Source: Pseudomonadota bacterium (GTDB taxonomy: Bacteria; Bdellovibrionota_B; Oligoflexia; Oligoflexales; CAIYRB01). Taken from it: a stretch of DNA of 64,000 nucleotides. Each line of letters starts with the position of its first letter. Position 1 is the first letter of the stretch. Of the stretch, positions 41,168 to 51,389 are shown one piece after another. The position numbers and the translations under genes were made by a program. The stretch is from the NCBI GenBank assembly GCA_031416315.1, contig JANOTL010000192.1:1-64000 (forward strand). Direction: 5' to 3'. Below the pieces are notes generated by a model. It did no database searches and had not been told where the DNA came from. It saw only the letters and a list, made by a program, of their open reading frames with translations.

Positions 41168-41820
41168 GGGGCCTCGAGGGAGCGCTTGCGGGCCGCACGG
41201 CAACGGCGGGCGCTCGTGTCGACGCCGATCGTCTCGAAGCCTAAAGCGTTGGCGACGGCGAGGACGGAGCCTTGGCCGCAGAACGGGTCGACGACGAGAT
41301 CAGTCGCGGTCTCCTCTTGGAGGAAGCGGCAAGCGACACGGCAGGCGCCTTCGCCCATCGCCTTCGGCCACGGCATGAAGCCGGCATCTGCGAGCACGTC
41401 GGGCCCGGGGCGCGTGGGCGTTGGTCTCGGCAAGCGCGAGACACAGATCATGTGAGAGTAGCTGGAGCGTCCTTGCGCGATCGTTCCCGGCGGACGACGG
41501 CAGACGATCTTGTGCCAAACAACGGAGGCGTCGGCAGCCTCGGCGGCTCGCATGACGAGGTAGCCTTTGTCGACCCAAGCCCCAGCGTGGCGGATATCGC
41601 TCTGGTAAAAGATGGCGACGCCGCCATCCGGGACCCACAGGATGACGCGCCGCGCCGCTTCGAGGAACCATGTGCGCCACTGCGCGAAGCTCATCGTAAT
41701 GATCTCGGAGACGTCGGGGAGCGAGGTGATGACGCTCGTGCCGATGCGCGCGGGATGGGCCTCGAGCCAGGCAAGGGCCTCGGTGTGGTGGATCGTGCGG
41801 CGCGCCGGAAATACTAGCAT
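41164..41820 (-). CDS. SAM-dependent methyltransferase-like protein
   Basis: VITSLPD and VVDPFCGQGS. Confidence 0.75.
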   Translation of the reverse strand: MLVFPARRTIHHTEALAWLEAHPARIGTSVITSLPDVSEIITMSFAQWRTWFLEAARRVILWVPDGGVAIFYQSDIRHAGAWVDKGYLVMRAAEAADASVVWHKIVCRRPPGTIAQGRSSYSHMICVSRLPRPTPTRPGPDVLADAGFMPWPKAMGEGACRVACRFLQEETATDLVVDPFCGQGSVLAVANALGFETIGVDTSARRCRAARKRSLEAP

Positions 41821-42152
41821 TTATAGATATTTGCCAGACACGAGGCGCCGCGTCAGAATCACGTGGCCCGCGAGCGCGCCCCCGACGCAGACGGGCACGA
41901 ACGGTACGGGCGACGACATGATCGCGACGCGGCTGACGTTGAGCAAGAGGCAGATGCCGAGGAGGCTCATGGCCCAAGCCTAGGCGCGATCACCGCCGTA
42001 CGTGTCGAAGTTGCCACACGTACGCCTTGGAACGCCGCGAACAGGACGAGCGCCAGCAGCAGGACGAAAAGCACGAGGTTTGCGCTGTCGGATGGCTGGA
42101 ACGGCAAGTATTCCTCAGGGACAGCGTGGGACAGATTCGATACCCTGGAATC

Positions 42153-43472
42153 ATGACCTTGCAACGTACCATTTTCGTGGTCGACGACCACGAGTCCATT
42201 CTAACGTCCGTCAGCTCGGTGCTCGCCGACGAATCTTACCGCATCGCCATCTTCGGCAGCGCGGAGGCCCTGCAGGAAGGGCTCGAGGTCGAGCGCCCCG
42301 ACCTGATTCTGCTCGACATCTGGCTGCCCGGCATCGACGGCATCGAAGCGCTGAAAGGCTTGAAGCAGAATTATCCCGAGATCCCCGTGATCATCATGAG
42401 CGGGCATGCGGGCATCGACATCGCCGTCAGCGCGATGAAGACGGGCGCGGCGGATTTCCTCGAGAAGCCGCTGAACCTCGACATTTTGCTCGAGAAGATC
42501 GCGCGTCACTTGCCGGTGACGAGCGCGATCGGCGCATTGCCGGCCGGGGCGCATCCGGCGCAACCTCTGGTGAAGAGCTCGGGCGCGGCGTACCTGGCGC
42601 CTTCCAGCTTGATGCAGCGCACGGTGAAGAAGACGGCCGTCTTGAACGGCGTCGGTCTCCTGAGCGGGAAGCCGACGGGAATCATCGTCAGCCCGATGCC
42701 GGTCGACTCCGGCATCACCTTCCGCACCATGGACGGCGTCGACATCCCGGCGCGGATCACGGCGCTCGAGGGCTTCGGCGGCGCGACGTTGAAGGGCCGC
42801 GCATTCTCGGCGAATTCGACGGTGCTCGCGAAGGATCACCGGCGCATCCGCACAGTCGAGCACCTGCTCGCGGCCTTGAACATGATGGGCATCTCGAACG
42901 CCATGATCAAGGTGAACGAGGAGATCCCGAACGTCGACGGCTCGGCGGCGGATTTTTGCCGCATCATCCGCGAGGCGGGGATCGAGGAGCAGGAGAAGCC
43001 GCGGCTCGAGGTCGTGATCCACGAGCGGATCGGCTTGGGCTCCGAGGCGAACCTGCGCGAGAAATTCCTGTTCGCGGAGCCTTTCGACGGCTTCGAGGTG
43101 GAGATGCGCGTCGACTACCCGGCGCCGATCCACGAGCAGCGCTTCCGCTTCAACCCGAGCGACCGCTCCTTCGAGACGGAGATCGCCCCGGCGCGCTCCT
43201 TCAACACCTTCGAGAACATCGACCTGGCGCAGAAGCAGGGCATGGTCGGCTCCGGATACTTGAACTCGCACATCATCATTCACGACGGCAAGGTCATCAA
43301 CACGCAGCTCAATTTTCCGGACGAGTTCGTGCGCCACAAAATCCTCGATCTGCTCGGTGACCTCTGCCTCCTGGGCTACGGGATCCGCGGGCGCGTCGTC
43401 GGGAACATGACCTCGCACGGCTTGAATCAGGCGCTGGCGGCGAAGATCCACGAGGCGCTCGGCGACTCTTGA
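42153..43472 (+). CDS. lpxC: Receiver domain fused to UDP-3-O-acyl-GlcNAc deacetylase LpxC
   Basis: REC: VVDD, LLDIWLPG, MSGH, LEKP. LpxC: QRT, TVEHLLAAL, EIPNVDGSA, EIAPARSF, DEFVRHKILDLLGDL, TSH. Confidence 0.92.
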   Translation: MTLQRTIFVVDDHESILTSVSSVLADESYRIAIFGSAEALQEGLEVERPDLILLDIWLPGIDGIEALKGLKQNYPEIPVIIMSGHAGIDIAVSAMKTGAADFLEKPLNLDILLEKIARHLPVTSAIGALPAGAHPAQPLVKSSGAAYLAPSSLMQRTVKKTAVLNGVGLLSGKPTGIIVSPMPVDSGITFRTMDGVDIPARITALEGFGGATLKGRAFSANSTVLAKDHRRIRTVEHLLAALNMMGISNAMIKVNEEIPNVDGSAADFCRIIREAGIEEQEKPRLEVVIHERIGLGSEANLREKFLFAEPFDGFEVEMRVDYPAPIHEQRFRFNPSDRSFETEIAPARSFNTFENIDLAQKQGMVGSGYLNSHIIIHDGKVINTQLNFPDEFVRHKILDLLGDLCLLGYGIRGRVVGNMTSHGLNQALAAKIHEALGDS

Positions 43473-43563
43473 AGTGGCGCGGCTCATCTGACGAATTCGA
43501 ACCGATTGTGGCGCGCACGTTGCATGCCGCCTGCAGGTTCGGTTTCCGATTGGAGTTTGCCCC

Positions 43564-44007
43564 ATGTCCTGGCAGTTGGAGCAGGTTCTCCTCGCGCTCG
43601 CGTACTACTTCACCCTCGTCACGTTGATGCGCCTCGCCGGGAAGCGCTTGGCGGGGCAAACGACGACGTTCGACTTATTGATTCTGATCTCGCTCGGCGT
43701 CGTGCTGCAGAACGTGACTTTGAAGCAGGGGAGCGGCAACGCCCTGATTTTCATCGTGACCGTGTTCGCGACCCATCGGGGCCTCTCGGCGGCGTGCGCG
43801 CGGTCGGCGCTCTTGCGACGGATCGTTCGCGGCAAGCCGCGGGCGCTCGTCCGCGACGGCAAAATCCTGCCGCAGGCGCTGGCGGCAGAAGGGCTGACGG
43901 AAGAGGATCTGCTCGCCGGGCTACGGAAGCTCGGGTTCGACGCTCCGGAGAAGGTGAAGCTCGCTTCAATCGAGGAGACGGGTCACATCGCGGCGGTTGG
44001 ACCCTAG
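43564..44007 (+). CDS. DUF421/YetF membrane protein
   Basis: RLAGKR..TTFDL, GKPRALVRDG, IEETG. Confidence 0.88.
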   Translation: MSWQLEQVLLALAYYFTLVTLMRLAGKRLAGQTTTFDLLILISLGVVLQNVTLKQGSGNALIFIVTVFATHRGLSAACARSALLRRIVRGKPRALVRDGKILPQALAAEGLTEEDLLAGLRKLGFDAPEKVKLASIEETGHIAAVGP

Positions 44008-44044
44008 TACCGCAATCGCTCAAGCCCTGATACCATATATATGT

Positions 44045-45289
44045 ATGGAACTTCTCGACAAGCTCAAAATCCTAGCAGATGCGGCCAAGTACGACGCCTC
44101 GTGCGCAAGCTCCGGGTCGAAGCGCAAGGCGGACGCTCGCGGCGGTCTCGGCAACACCGAGGGCATGGGGATCTGTCACAGCTACACGCCCGACGGTCGC
44201 TGCGTCTCGCTGCTCAAGATCTTGATGACCAACGTGTGTCTCTTCGACTGCACGTATTGCATCAATCGCGTCTCGAGCGCGACCAAGCGCGCGCGCTTCA
44301 CCGTGAGCGAGGTCGTCTGGCTCACGATGGAGTTTTACCGGCGCAATTACATCGAAGGCTTGTTCCTCAGCTCCGGCGTTGCGCGAAGTCCCGACGCGAC
44401 GATGGAGGAGCTCGTCGAGGTCGCTCGGCGCCTGCGCGAGGACGAGCGCTTCTGCGGCTATATCCATCTGAAGGCCGTCGCGGGCGCGAGCCCGGCGCTT
44501 TTGGCGAAGGCGGGGAAGTACGCCGATCGCTTGAGCGCGAATATTGAGCTGCCGACTCAGGACGACCTCGACAAGCTGGCACCGGCGAAGACGCACGTCG
44601 AGATCGAGACATCGATGGCGAGCATCGGCGACGGCATCGCCGAGGCGATCGAGGAGCGCAAAAAGAGCAAAGCCGCGCCGCAGTTCGCGCCGGCGGGCCA
44701 AAGCACGCAGATGATCGTCGGCGCCACGCCGGCAGCCGATCGGGCGATCTTGGGCACGGCCTCGCACCTTTATCAGAGCTTCGGCCTGCGCCGCGTCTAT
44801 TACTCGGCATTCAGCCCGATTCCCGACGGCGACGCGCGCTTGCCGCTTAAGGCGCCGCCCCTGGTCCGCGAGCATCGGCTCTATCAAGCTGATTGGCTGA
44901 TGCGCTTTTACGGATTCAGCGCCGACGAGATTCTACCAGCGGAGGCTCCCGATCTCGATCTTTCGCGGGATCCGAAGACCGCGTGGGCGCTGCGGAATCG
45001 AGAGGTCTTTCCCGTCGACGTGAACCGCGCGAGCCGGGAGCAGCTCTTGCGCGTGCCCGGTCTCGGCGTGAAGAACGTTGAGCGCATCTTGAGACTGCGC
45101 CGGCACCGCGGCGTCACGCTCGCTGATCTAGCGAAGCTGCGAGTCCCGCTCGATCGCACGCGTTACTTCATCGTCACAGCGGACCGCAACGTCGGCGTGA
45201 AGTTGCTCGACTCGGTCGCCCTAGCGGCGCTCACGGCGCCGAAAGCGCGGCAGCTGAGCATTTTCGACGCCGGCGCGACGGCCTCATGA
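44045..45289 (+). CDS. Putative DNA modification/repair radical SAM protein (TIGR03916-like)
   Basis: ADAAKYDASC, GICHS..DGRC, CLFDCTYC, REHRLYQADWL, C-terminal HhH LLRVPGLG. Confidence 0.93.
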   Translation: MELLDKLKILADAAKYDASCASSGSKRKADARGGLGNTEGMGICHSYTPDGRCVSLLKILMTNVCLFDCTYCINRVSSATKRARFTVSEVVWLTMEFYRRNYIEGLFLSSGVARSPDATMEELVEVARRLREDERFCGYIHLKAVAGASPALLAKAGKYADRLSANIELPTQDDLDKLAPAKTHVEIETSMASIGDGIAEAIEERKKSKAAPQFAPAGQSTQMIVGATPAADRAILGTASHLYQSFGLRRVYYSAFSPIPDGDARLPLKAPPLVREHRLYQADWLMRFYGFSADEILPAEAPDLDLSRDPKTAWALRNREVFPVDVNRASREQLLRVPGLGVKNVERILRLRRHRGVTLADLAKLRVPLDRTRYFIVTADRNVGVKLLDSVALAALTAPKARQLSIFDAGATAS

Positions 45290-46731
45290 TGGATTTCGAG
45301 GCGTGGCGGGCGCAGGCGCGGGAATTCTTGCGGCAAGGACGCTCGCCGGAGGATGCGACTTGGGAGGAGGCGGGACTCTTCGGCAGCGTCGCGCCGCCGC
45401 CCGAGCCCGCGATGGATTCGACGCTTCGCGACACAGGGTCCCGCCCCCGACCGGCAAGAGTTTCGCCCGAATTCATAGCGCTCGCGCGCGCCGTCTCCGT
45501 CCATCGGGACGGGGGCCGTTGGCGCCTGCTGTACCGGCTTCTTTGGCGCCTGACGCACGAGAATCGCGAGCTGCTCTCGATCGACGTCGACGACGACGTG
45601 CACCGCGCGAGAGCAATGGCGAAGCAGGTCAGCCGCGACATCCACAAAATGCACGCGTTCGTGCGTTTTCGCAAAATCGACGGCGACGAGTACGTCGCAT
45701 GGCATGCGCCGGATCACCTGATCGTGCGGCAGGCGACGCCCTTCTTCGCGCGGCGCTTCGCGTCGATGCGTTGGACGATCTTGACGCCGGACGAGTCGGC
45801 GTCCTGGGACGGCGTCGAGCTCTGCTTCGGGCCGGGCTGTCCCGAGCGGCCCGTTGGCTCGGACGACCTCGAGACGCTCTGGCGCGGCTACTACGGCGCC
45901 ATTTTCAATCCGGCGCGCATCAAGCTGAAGACGATGAAGCGCGAGATGCCGGTGCGGCATTGGCGGACTTTGCCGGAGACGGAGATCATCGCCGACCTGC
46001 TCGCGGAAGCGCCGCAGCGCGTCGAAGCGATGCTGGCGCTGCAGCCGACGTCGGCGACGCCGTTCGTGCCGCCCGAAGCTACCCTCGCAGGCTTGCGCGA
46101 AGCCGCTCGCGGCTGCCGCGGATGCGGGCTGTGCGGCCCGGCGACCCAAACAGTGTTCGGCACGGGACCGACAGGGGCGCGAATCGTGCTCGTCGGCGAG
46201 CAGCCGGGGGACGAGGAGGATCGCGTCGGGCTGCCGTTCGTCGGGCCCGCCGGGCAAGTGCTCGATCGCGCGCTCGCGGAAGTCGGCATGGATCGCGGCG
46301 AGCTCTACCTGACAAATGCCGTCAAGCACTTCAAGTTCGAGCCGCAGGGCGAGCATCGCCTGCACAAAAAGCCTGGATCCCGCGAGGTCGCGGCCTGTCG
46401 TCCTTGGCTCGAAGCCGAGCTCGCGCAGCTCTGCCCGGACATCATCGTTTGCCTCGGCGTCACCGCGGGACAGGCGATCCTCGGTCGCGCGATTCGCCTG
46501 GGGGAGGAGCGCGGCCGGTTTCAGCGCAACGGCTACGCGCCGCACATCCTGGTGACGGTGCACCCCTCCGCGATCCTACGAACGCCGGAAGGCCCGGAGC
46601 GCGAGGCCCTCTTCGCCTCGCTCTGCGCCGACCTGGCGCTCGTTCAGTCCAAGAGGCTCGCCAAGGAAGCCTCGGTCAACTTCACCGCATCGTCGAAGAG
46701 CGCCAGCGGGTCGCCCGTCTCGGGGCCTTGA
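45286..46731 (+). CDS. udgX: DUF4130 (TIGR03915-like) fused to UdgX-family uracil-DNA binding protein
   Basis: HKMHAFVRF, FNPARIK..EMPVRHWRTLPE, then CRGCGLC, GEQPGDEED, KHFKF..HRLHKKP, HPS. Confidence 0.9.
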   Translation: MMDFEAWRAQAREFLRQGRSPEDATWEEAGLFGSVAPPPEPAMDSTLRDTGSRPRPARVSPEFIALARAVSVHRDGGRWRLLYRLLWRLTHENRELLSIDVDDDVHRARAMAKQVSRDIHKMHAFVRFRKIDGDEYVAWHAPDHLIVRQATPFFARRFASMRWTILTPDESASWDGVELCFGPGCPERPVGSDDLETLWRGYYGAIFNPARIKLKTMKREMPVRHWRTLPETEIIADLLAEAPQRVEAMLALQPTSATPFVPPEATLAGLREAARGCRGCGLCGPATQTVFGTGPTGARIVLVGEQPGDEEDRVGLPFVGPAGQVLDRALAEVGMDRGELYLTNAVKHFKFEPQGEHRLHKKPGSREVAACRPWLEAELAQLCPDIIVCLGVTAGQAILGRAIRLGEERGRFQRNGYAPHILVTVHPSAILRTPEGPEREALFASLCADLALVQSKRLAKEASVNFTASSKSASGSPVSGP

Positions 46732-46838
46732 TCGACGAGGCGCGCCCAGATCTGCTCGAGGCCGAGCGCGTATTTGCGCGTCAGGTCCTTCTTTCGCTCG
46801 ATTTCGGCGCGCCCAGGGGCGTCCGGGGAGTCAGGCAT
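46644..46838 (-). CDS. Small hypothetical protein
   Basis: Overlaps the upstream 86-aa ORF and the udgX 3' end convergently. Confidence 0.35.
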   Translation of the reverse strand: MPDSPDAPGRAEIERKKDLTRKYALGLEQIWARLVDQGPETGDPLALFDDAVKLTEASLASLLD

Positions 46839-47091
46839 CGAAGGTGCCCCCCGAGGTGCCATCGCCTTCGGGACCGAAGTTCTTGATCTCGCGGATGACG
46901 GCGCGCGCGACCGCGTGGATCGTCTGGCCGGGGCCGCCCTTGTCCTTGCCGCGCTCGACGAGGTCCAAGGCCACCGTCAGGACCTGGTCCATGAAGTTCT
47001 CGATGAAGATCTTCTGTTGTGCGCGCGGGATCTCGATCGCCATGAGCGCCATATTAACGCTTTGAAAGCGTGGAGCCAAGTGTATCGTCAC
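46831..47091 (-). CDS. Small hypothetical protein
   Basis: Fills an intergenic gap; amphipathic-helix composition. Confidence 0.45.
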   Translation of the reverse strand: MTIHLAPRFQSVNMALMAIEIPRAQQKIFIENFMDQVLTVALDLVERGKDKGGPGQTIHAVARAVIREIKNFGPEGDGTSGGTFDA

Positions 47092-47141
47092 GGCTCACTC
47101 ATTGGGGGGACGCAGGCGATGGCGAAGAAGACGAAGAAGAA

Positions 47142-48068
47142 ATGAGCGACTCGATCATCTCGGTCGCGAAGCTGAGCAAGGTCTATGCTTCAGGGCACCA
47201 AGCGCTGAAAAGCGTCGACCTCGAGATCCGACGCGGCGAGATCTTCGCGCTCCTCGGGCCGAACGGCGCCGGCAAGACGACCTTGATCAACATCATTTGC
47301 GGCATCGTCAATCCCAGCTCCGGCGTGCTGAAAGCCGACGGGCACGACGTGGTGCGGGACTACCGCGCCGCGCGCTCGAAGATCGGCCTGGTGCCGCAGG
47401 AGCTCACGAACGACATGTTCGAGAGCGTCTGGAACACCGTCAAATTCAGCCGCGGCCTCTTCGGCAAGCCGCCGAACGCCATCTACCTCGAGAAGGTGCT
47501 CCGGGACCTCTCGCTTTGGGACAAGAAGGACAGCCGGATCATGGCGCTGTCCGGCGGCATGAAGCGGCGGGTGATGATCGCCAAGGCGCTTTCGCACGAG
47601 CCGCGCATCCTCTTCCTCGACGAGCCGACCGCCGGCGTCGACGTCGAGCTCAGGCGCGACATGTGGCAAATGGTGCGGAAGCTGCGCGCGAGCGGGGTCA
47701 CCATCATCTTGACCACACATTACATCGAGGAGGCCGAGGAGATGGCGGATCGCGTCGGCGTCATCAACAAGGGTGAGCTCATCCTCGTGGAGGAGAAAGC
47801 CGCGCTGATGCAGAAGCTCGGGAAGAAACGGTTGACGCTTACGCTGCAGAGTCCGATGCAGGTTTTGCCGCCCGGATTGCCGCAGGAATTGTCGCTCGCG
47901 GCCGACGGCGCGCAGCTCGTGTACGCCTTCGACTCGCGCGGCGAGCAGACCGGAATCTCGCAGCTCTTGCGACGACTGGCCGAGCTCGGGATCGAATTCA
48001 AGGACCTGCAAACGCAGGAAAGCTCGTTGGAGGAGATCTTCGTCGGACTCGTCGGGGGCAAGGCATGA
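47142..48068 (+). CDS. ABC-2 transporter ATP-binding protein, YadG-like
   Basis: [29 protein letters not shown]. Confidence 0.93.
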   Translation: MSDSIISVAKLSKVYASGHQALKSVDLEIRRGEIFALLGPNGAGKTTLINIICGIVNPSSGVLKADGHDVVRDYRAARSKIGLVPQELTNDMFESVWNTVKFSRGLFGKPPNAIYLEKVLRDLSLWDKKDSRIMALSGGMKRRVMIAKALSHEPRILFLDEPTAGVDVELRRDMWQMVRKLRASGVTIILTTHYIEEAEEMADRVGVINKGELILVEEKAALMQKLGKKRLTLTLQSPMQVLPPGLPQELSLAADGAQLVYAFDSRGEQTGISQLLRRLAELGIEFKDLQTQESSLEEIFVGLVGGKA

Positions 48069-48826
48069 ATCTCTATTCGGTGAAGGCGATCTACGCCCAC
48101 GAGATGGCTCGCTTCCTGCGCACCATCTTCCAGAGCATCGCGACACCGGTGATCTCCACCTCGCTTTACTTCATCGTTTTCGGCTCGGCGATCGGCTCGC
48201 GGATGACGGCGATCGACGGCATCAGCTATGGCGCGTTCATCGTTCCCGGCTTGATCATGTTGTCGATCCTCACGGAGAGCATCTCGAACGCCTCGTTCGG
48301 CATCTACATGCCGAAGTTCACGGGGACGATCTACGAGGTGCTGTCGGCGCCGATCTCGCCGTTCGAGATCGTCGTCGGCTACGTCGGCGCGGCTGCGACG
48401 AAATCCATGATTTTGGGGACGATCATCCTGGCGACGGCGCGGCTCTTCGTGCCGTTTTCGATCCTACATCCGTTGTGGATGGCGGCATTCCTGGCGCTGA
48501 CGGCGGTGACTTTCTGCCTCTTCGGCTTCATCATCGGCGTCTGGGCGGACGGCTTCGAAAAGCTGCAGGTGGTCCCGACCTTGATCATCACGCCTTTGAC
48601 GTTCCTCGGCGGCAGCTTCTACTCGATCAACATGCTGCCGGAGGTCTGGCAAAAGATCACTTTGTTCAACCCGGTCGTTTATCTCGTCAGCGGCTTCCGC
48701 TGGAGCTTTTACGGGGTCTCCGACGTGCGGGTCGACGTGAGCCTCGCTGCGACCGCAGCCTTCATGGCGCTCTGTTTGGTCGCAATCTACTTCATCTTCC
48801 GGACCGGCTACCGGATCAAGACCTAA
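48065..48826 (+). CDS. ABC-2 transporter permease, YadH-like
   Basis: [22 protein letters not shown]; multi-TM. Confidence 0.92.
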   Translation: MNLYSVKAIYAHEMARFLRTIFQSIATPVISTSLYFIVFGSAIGSRMTAIDGISYGAFIVPGLIMLSILTESISNASFGIYMPKFTGTIYEVLSAPISPFEIVVGYVGAAATKSMILGTIILATARLFVPFSILHPLWMAAFLALTAVTFCLFGFIIGVWADGFEKLQVVPTLIITPLTFLGGSFYSINMLPEVWQKITLFNPVVYLVSGFRWSFYGVSDVRVDVSLAATAAFMALCLVAIYFIFRTGYRIKT

Positions 48827-48838
48827 GGAGCCGAAGTC

Positions 48839-49990
48839 GTGACGACCCGCTCGAAGCGCTCGCTCATTATCATTTACGTCGTGCTGGCGCTGTGCTTGAT
48901 CGGCGGCCTCATCCGCGGTGTGCCGCGCTCGAGCGACTACGAGATCTTCCTCCTGTCGGGCGTGCGCCTACGCGCGGGCGAGGCTCTCTACCAGGCAGCC
49001 GACGGCATCTTTCCGTTCAAATACCACCCGGTCATCGCGCTGTTCTGGGGGGTCTGGTCCTGGATTCCCAAAGTGGCCGGCAAAATCCTCTTCGACCTGG
49101 CGCAGCTTGCGATGATCGCCTGGACCCTCCGGTACTGGATCGCGCGCATCCTCGGGCGCGAGAACTTGGCCTGGCTTCTCGCCGTGACGATGCTGGTCTC
49201 GATCAAGATGATCTGGCGCGAGCTCGAGTTCAGCCAGACGAACGGCCTCCTCTATTACGGCGCGACGATGGCGATCATTTTGCGCGAGCGAACGTCGGCG
49301 CGGGATCATCTCTTCGCGGGCATGATCGTCGCGGCGCTGACTCTTGTGAAGCTCAACTACGCGCTGCTCTTCGTGCTTGGAATCATCGGGGGGCTCTCCG
49401 GTCTCTTGCCGTTCTGTGCCGGCGCGGCGCTGACGGCGGTGATCGCGACGGCGATGACGTTCGGTTGGTTCGGGGTCACCGACGGACTCGCCGTGCATCG
49501 CTCTTGGCTAGACCTTCTATTTGGCGTGTCCAAGACGCAGTACACAGACCAGGAGAATCAGGGCGTCTTGCACTTTTTCAGCAAGTACTTCCCGCTGCAC
49601 GCGCAGCACATCTGGCTCGCAGTCACGGGCGCTTTTTCCGCCGTCGGCATCTTCGCGCTCCGGCGGCGGCCGATCGAGTACGTCTACGCGTTCTGGTTGT
49701 TCGGTGTGAATTTCCTCTCGCCCCTGGCGTGGTGGAATCAGTACGTCTTGGCGTTGCCGATGCTCTTGCTCGTGTGGCGCGATCGAAAAAGCCGAGTCCA
49801 TCTGGCGCTTCTCGCTGCGCCGGTCGCGACTTGGACGATCTTTCAGTATGAGACGTTTGGCCGTGAGCTCTACACCGCCGCCGTGAAAGGACTCGTGCCG
49901 TTTTACGGGATGGTGCTGCTCCTCATTGCTTTCGCAGACCTCGCGCGATACACGAAAGGCGAGTCGAAGGTTTCCGAAGAGGCGGGTTGA
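48839..49990 (+). CDS. GT87/DUF2029-like membrane glycosyltransferase
   Basis: DYEIF..LY..FKYHP, QTN, NQG, SPLAW; polytopic. Confidence 0.75.
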   Translation: MTTRSKRSLIIIYVVLALCLIGGLIRGVPRSSDYEIFLLSGVRLRAGEALYQAADGIFPFKYHPVIALFWGVWSWIPKVAGKILFDLAQLAMIAWTLRYWIARILGRENLAWLLAVTMLVSIKMIWRELEFSQTNGLLYYGATMAIILRERTSARDHLFAGMIVAALTLVKLNYALLFVLGIIGGLSGLLPFCAGAALTAVIATAMTFGWFGVTDGLAVHRSWLDLLFGVSKTQYTDQENQGVLHFFSKYFPLHAQHIWLAVTGAFSAVGIFALRRRPIEYVYAFWLFGVNFLSPLAWWNQYVLALPMLLLVWRDRKSRVHLALLAAPVATWTIFQYETFGRELYTAAVKGLVPFYGMVLLLIAFADLARYTKGESKVSEEAG

Positions 49991-50889
49991 TGAGCATCAC
50001 GATTGCAGTAGCAGGGGCGACGGGGAGTCTCGGTGGGCGCATCGTGAGCGAGCTCCGCGCGCGGGGCGCGGCCGTCACGGCGCTAGTTCGCAGCGGCACG
50101 CCTCCCGACAAGTTGGCGGGGCTCGAGGGCGCCGGCGCCAAAGTCGCCCAGGTCGACATGGGGAGCGTCGCTGAGATCGCGAAAGCTTGCAGCGGAGCTG
50201 CTTGCCTCGTTTCCGCCGTCCAAGGGCTGCGCGACGTGATCGTCGACCTGCAGACGAAGTTGCTCGAAGGGGCGGTGGCGGCGCGCGTCGGTCGTTTCAT
50301 TCCGTCTGATTTTTCCATAGATTTCAATAAATTACAGCCTGGCTCGAATCGTAATCTCGACCTGCGCCGGGAGTTTCACCAAAAGCTCGACCGTGCCCCC
50401 GTCGCGGCGACCTCGATCTTCAACGGCGCGTTCGGCGAGCTCCTGACCTCTCGCATGCCTTTGCTCGACCTCGCCGGGCGCCGCGTCACCTACTGGGGGA
50501 GCGCGGATCAAAAGCTCGACTTCACCACGATGGACGACACGGCCGCGTTCACTGCAGCGGTGGCAACCGACGAGACCGCGCCACGAATCCTGCGCATCGC
50601 CGGCGACCAGATAAGCGCACGTGAGCTCGCGGCGCTCGCGGGAGAGCTCCGCAAGGAAACGTTCGCCCTTGTCCGCCTCGGTAACGTCGAAAATCTCGCG
50701 GAGATCATCAAACGCGAGCGCGCGGCGGATCCGACGAGCGAGGCGAAGCCGTTTCCGCGATGGCAAGCGAACCAATACATGCACAACATGTTCAGCGGGC
50801 TCGCGAAGCTCGATCCCGTCGACAATGCGCGCTACGGGAAGTCGAGTTGGACGACCGCACGGGATTTGATCTTGAAAGCCAGCTCGTAA
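49990..50889 (+). CDS. NmrA-family NAD(P)-binding protein
   Basis: VAGATGSLG, RFIPSDF. Confidence 0.88.
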   Translation: MSITIAVAGATGSLGGRIVSELRARGAAVTALVRSGTPPDKLAGLEGAGAKVAQVDMGSVAEIAKACSGAACLVSAVQGLRDVIVDLQTKLLEGAVAARVGRFIPSDFSIDFNKLQPGSNRNLDLRREFHQKLDRAPVAATSIFNGAFGELLTSRMPLLDLAGRRVTYWGSADQKLDFTTMDDTAAFTAAVATDETAPRILRIAGDQISARELAALAGELRKETFALVRLGNVENLAEIIKRERAADPTSEAKPFPRWQANQYMHNMFSGLAKLDPVDNARYGKSSWTTARDLILKASS

Positions 50890-50901
50890 GGAGAATGATC
50901 C

Positions 50902-51330
50902 GTGGCGAGCTATCTTCTCAACGTGGCGAGCAACGGCTCCTTGACGAGCGTCGCCGAGGTCTCTGTGCCGCAAGGCGCCGTCGTCGAATGGCTGGAGACC
51001 GAAGACGAGGTCGACGGCCTCGAGCGGTGGACGATCGAGGTCGTCGTCGCGGGGTCGATCTTCGACTTCGCCAGGGGCGAAGCTTGGCAGGGTCTCTGGG
51101 ACTTCTTGGAGCGCGCTGCGAAGCCTCTCGAGGCGCGGCCGCAGGCGCGTCTTGCGCTAAAGAGCCGCACCGATGCACATCGGGTGTTCGCGACGTTCAA
51201 CTACTTTGGCACACGCGAAATCAAGAGCACCGGCGCGACGCTGAAGACGCAGATCGCGGCGCATGCGGATCCCAAATCGCGCCGTCTGTTGCGCGACCTC
51301 GAGCTCGACGCCCACCAATCGCCGTCGTAG
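50902..51330 (+). CDS. Hypothetical protein
   Basis: AAGGAG SD upstream; fills the gap. Confidence 0.55.
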   Translation: MASYLLNVASNGSLTSVAEVSVPQGAVVEWLETEDEVDGLERWTIEVVVAGSIFDFARGEAWQGLWDFLERAAKPLEARPQARLALKSRTDAHRVFATFNYFGTREIKSTGATLKTQIAAHADPKSRRLLRDLELDAHQSPS

Positions 51331-51389
51331 ATCTTAAATTGTTGTTTTTGCTGGTAATTTGAGGTAGTCTAAGCGGTAGGAGGTGCATC

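Noticed and set aside
41164..41820. Restriction-modification system around the methyltransferase
   Set aside because: No canonical DPPY/SPPY motif (TSLPD instead) and no adjacent nuclease.
41820..42150. Two hydrophobic minus-strand ORF pieces in different frames
   Set aside because: Possibly a decayed membrane-protein gene, but no recognisable family.
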